The notes under the pieces are model-generated. The model did not search any database and was not told the DNA's origin. It saw only the letters and a list, made by a program, of their open reading frames with translations. From Spirochaetales bacterium (lineage in GTDB: Bacteria > Spirochaetota > Spirochaetia > SZUA-6 > DRHE01): a stretch of 34,383 bases of DNA. The translations under genes were made by a program, and so were the position numbers. Positions within the stretch are counted from its first letter, which is position 1, and each line of letters starts with the position of its first letter. The stretch is taken from positions 1 to 34,383 of the forward strand of contig JAFGQJ010000087.1 of assembly GCA_016935715.1 (NCBI GenBank). The letters run 5' to 3'. This document shows, piece by piece, positions 31,958 to 34,383 of this stretch.

Positions 31958-33031
31958 ATGAACGGCATAAAGACGAACCCAGTACCCGGTTCCGGCGGGA
32001 AGCGCTCCGGCCTCTCCTCTGCTGCCCGGATCCTAACCACCACGGTCGGTTCCTTTCCCTACCCGGCCTGGCTGGCCGCCATGCCCAGCGAGCAGTCCCT
32101 CATGGACGCAACCAGGGTGGTGGTGGACATCCAGAGACAGGCGGGCATCGACCTGCCCACCGACGGGGAGCTGTACCGCTTCGACGTGAACCATCCCGAG
32201 ACCAATGGCATGATCGAGTACTTCATCTCCCCTCTGGCCGGGGTGCGCAGCGCGATCGGCCGCCTCGACGCCCTCGAGTTCCAGCGCAAGCACGGGATGG
32301 GCTTCCGCCGCAAGCCCGCCGGAGTGGTCGAGGCTCCTCTCGGGGAAGGCTCGCTCGACCTGCCGTCCGACTGCGCGCGCTCCGCAGCGGTGGCCGGCAG
32401 CGGCCTCAAGTTCACCGTTACCAGCCCGTACATGCTGGCGCGAACCCTGCTGGACAATCACTACGGGGATTTCGAAGCCCTGCTGATGGACCTGGCCGGC
32501 GTGCTGGCCGCACAGGTTGAGGACCTGGAATGCGCCTGCCTGCAGGTGGACGAGGCCAACCTGCCGGGAAGTCCCGGTGACGGCCCGATGGCCGCCCGGG
32601 CCGTCAACCGCATCCTGGATGCGGTGGGCCGGGGTGTGCCGCAGCGGGCGGTGCACCTGTGCTTCGGCAACTACGGGGGCCAGACCATCCAGAGAGGCAC
32701 CTGGGAGGCGCTGATCGGCTTTCTCAATGAGCTGCACGTGGACCACCTGGTCCTGGAGATGGCCCGTCGTCCGGAAAGCGACCTGGAGGCATTGAAGCAG
32801 ATACGTTCCGACATCAGCCTCGGTCTGGGCGTCATCGACATCAAGGTCAACCAGGTCGAAAGCCCGGAAGAGGTGGCCCGGCGCATCGAGAGGGCCGAGA
32901 AAACCCTGGGGGAGGGGCGCGTGGGCTGGGTGCACCCGGACTGCGGATTCTGGATGCTGCATCGCTCCGTGGCGGAGCGCAAGATCACGGCTCTGGTCCG
33001 GGGCCGGGACCTGTACCTGGGAAGCCCATAG
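31958..33031 (+). CDS. Cobalamin-independent methionine synthase (MetE) C-terminal-domain-like Zn protein
   Basis: 357 aa. LTTTVGSFPYPAWL N-terminus, GIDLPTDGELYR, the His-x-Cys Zn motif AVHLCFGNYG and the C-terminal HPDCGF are typical of the MetE/UROD-like family. Confidence 0.8.
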   Translation: MNGIKTNPVPGSGGKRSGLSSAARILTTTVGSFPYPAWLAAMPSEQSLMDATRVVVDIQRQAGIDLPTDGELYRFDVNHPETNGMIEYFISPLAGVRSAIGRLDALEFQRKHGMGFRRKPAGVVEAPLGEGSLDLPSDCARSAAVAGSGLKFTVTSPYMLARTLLDNHYGDFEALLMDLAGVLAAQVEDLECACLQVDEANLPGSPGDGPMAARAVNRILDAVGRGVPQRAVHLCFGNYGGQTIQRGTWEALIGFLNELHVDHLVLEMARRPESDLEALKQIRSDISLGLGVIDIKVNQVESPEEVARRIERAEKTLGEGRVGWVHPDCGFWMLHRSVAERKITALVRGRDLYLGSP

Positions 33032-34349
33032 CCGCGGCGGAATAATCCCGGAGAACCATGCGGATGCTCGCTTCGATCAGCTCCTCCGGGTCCGTGTTCA
33101 AGCGGCCTTCCCGGATTTCCCGGTAGTGCCTGGGCAGGTACTGGCTGATCAGGGTCAGGGGGATCTCCACCTGCCGCATGTTTTCGAGCAGCAGCTCTAC
33201 CGCGCCTTTGACCATCGGAACCTGCCAGTAGTAGCGGCTGCGGTCCGAAAAGCTGTACTTGCGGGCCAGATAGACCTCCTGCGCGCTGCCGGTATGGTAG
33301 CTCTGCCAGCTCGACGGATTGTCGCTCATCGCCTTTTCCAGGAACAGCTCCAGCCGGGACAGTCTGGCTCGATAGGAGCCTCCCAGAAGCTCCTTCTCCA
33401 TGCTCTCCAGGGCGAACAGACACTCCCGCATGGCGAAGGTCAGGGCAGGTCCCACCTTGAGGACGGCGAACCGGTCCTCGACCAGCTGTCTCAGCAGCCC
33501 CGGCCGCTGATGGTCGGTGGAATGCGCCTCCAGCAGCAGCCCGGTGTGCCTGCGGGCGGCGCTGATCAGCTTCCCCGCCCTGGCGCGCTCGTACGGGTAC
33601 ACGACGTGCTCCCCGAACTCCACCCCGGGCTGCACCACCACGGCGACGACCCGCTGCCACGCCTCCTCCAGACCGCCGGCTTCGAACTCCCGCCGGCACG
33701 AAGCGATGGTCTGCTCGAGCTCCCTCACGTGAGTCACCGCGGCCGCCTCCGCCTGGCTCTGCACCCCTCCCGGAGCGGGAACATCGGTGCCGATCACGTA
33801 GACGGGCGGCGAGCCGCCGCCGAGCTCGAGGCCCGCACGGCGCGAGTCCCGGCAGGCCGCCTCCGCCGCTGCTGCCAGCTGCGCTTCCCGGCGGGCGACG
33901 AGCTCCGGCTCCAGGCCTCCGTGTTCGTCGACGGGATCACCGCCCAGAGGCATGCTCGCATCCAGGTGAATCTTGGCATATCCGGCCTTCACGCAGGAGG
34001 CGACCAGCTCACAGGCCTTCTGCATGGCCTGCCCGGCCGCCTCCCGGCGCCACGGATAAGGCCCGAGATGGTCAGCGCCGAGCATGATCCTCTCCCCTGG
34101 GAAACCTTCCCTGCCGGCGACCGCGAAGACGAAATCCCGAAACCCGGCGGGTTTCATCCCCGTATAGCCGCCGAACTGATTCACCTGATTGACCGTGGAC
34201 TCGACGAGAAACGGCAGCTCATCGGCCCGGGCCTGGGCCATGGCCGCGGCGATCACCCGGGGATGGGCGCTGCAGATCGAGTAGATTCCCCGGGGATCCC
34301 CCCTGTTCTGCGCTTCGATGAGATCGGTGAAAAAATCCAATGTCTTCAT
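32985..34349 (-). CDS. D-tagatose-bisphosphate aldolase class II accessory protein (AgaZ/GatZ/KbaZ family)
   Basis: 454 aa. GIYSICSAHPRVIAAAM...FLVESTVNQVNQFGGYTGMKPAGFRDFV....MLGADHLGPYPW is the GatZ/KbaZ N-terminal signature. Confidence 0.85.
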   Translation of the reverse strand: MKTLDFFTDLIEAQNRGDPRGIYSICSAHPRVIAAAMAQARADELPFLVESTVNQVNQFGGYTGMKPAGFRDFVFAVAGREGFPGERIMLGADHLGPYPWRREAAGQAMQKACELVASCVKAGYAKIHLDASMPLGGDPVDEHGGLEPELVARREAQLAAAAEAACRDSRRAGLELGGGSPPVYVIGTDVPAPGGVQSQAEAAAVTHVRELEQTIASCRREFEAGGLEEAWQRVVAVVVQPGVEFGEHVVYPYERARAGKLISAARRHTGLLLEAHSTDHQRPGLLRQLVEDRFAVLKVGPALTFAMRECLFALESMEKELLGGSYRARLSRLELFLEKAMSDNPSSWQSYHTGSAQEVYLARKYSFSDRSRYYWQVPMVKGAVELLLENMRQVEIPLTLISQYLPRHYREIREGRLNTDPEELIEASIRMVLRDYSAAAMGFPGTGPGPGPEP

Positions 34350-34383
34350 CCGGTCGATCCTTTCCTGCTCTCTGCCGTGCTGC

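Noticed and set aside
1-34383. Searched by eye for CRISPR arrays, tRNA/rRNA genes, IS elements or terminal inverted repeats, integrases and long direct repeats
   Set aside because: None was found. Intergenic spacers are short (at most about 220 bp) and contain no regularly spaced repeats or cloverleaf-like segments. No transposase- or integrase-like ORF is present. Sensitive tools (tRNAscan, Infernal, ISfinder searches) would be needed to exclude small RNAs.

Overview
GC-rich bacterial chromosomal segment: third codon positions are mostly G/C, GGAGG-type ribosome-binding sites are strong, and long 'shadow' ORFs lie antisense to real genes. I call 33 protein-coding genes. By eye I found no rRNA, tRNA, CRISPR array, transposase or integrase. 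Left to right: (1) a tetR-tolC-MFP-RND efflux operon on the minus strand, with the RND gene running off the left edge and an MFP that lacks the alpha-hairpin, as in Borrelia BesA; (2) housekeeping and salvage genes: PfkB sugar kinase, DUF123/GIY-YIG protein, Gpt-like phosphoribosyltransferase, RpiB, cupin, YbaK-like deacylase, VOC/glyoxalase, exonuclease III; (3) a soluble hybrid histidine kinase containing a whole phosphorelay; (4) a TatT-type TPR lipoprotein plus a TRAP transporter (TPAT arrangement known from Treponema pallidum); (5) a signal-peptide-bearing Pcm methyltransferase followed by a large double-membrane-domain spermidine-synthase-like protein; (6) a GNAT protein and a TIM-barrel sugar-phosphate isomerase; (7) a four-subunit 2-oxoacid:ferredoxin oxidoreductase; (8) a seven-gene cluster at 24.7-31.9 kb; (9) a MetE-like protein and GatZ/KbaZ. 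The cluster in (8) is the most interesting region. It sits around a divergent promoter and encodes three FHA proteins, a Hanks Ser/Thr kinase with a large extracytoplasmic domain, a divergent PPP-like metallophosphatase, a periplasmic vWA-TM-FHA protein, and two paralogues of an unrecognised ~170-aa domain, one fused to an HU/IHF DNA-binding domain. I propose it as a candidate undescribed phospho-threonine signalling system. The TPAT system and the hairpin-less MFP suggest a spirochaete-like origin, but that is inference only. All calls rest on reading the translations by eye; no searches were run.
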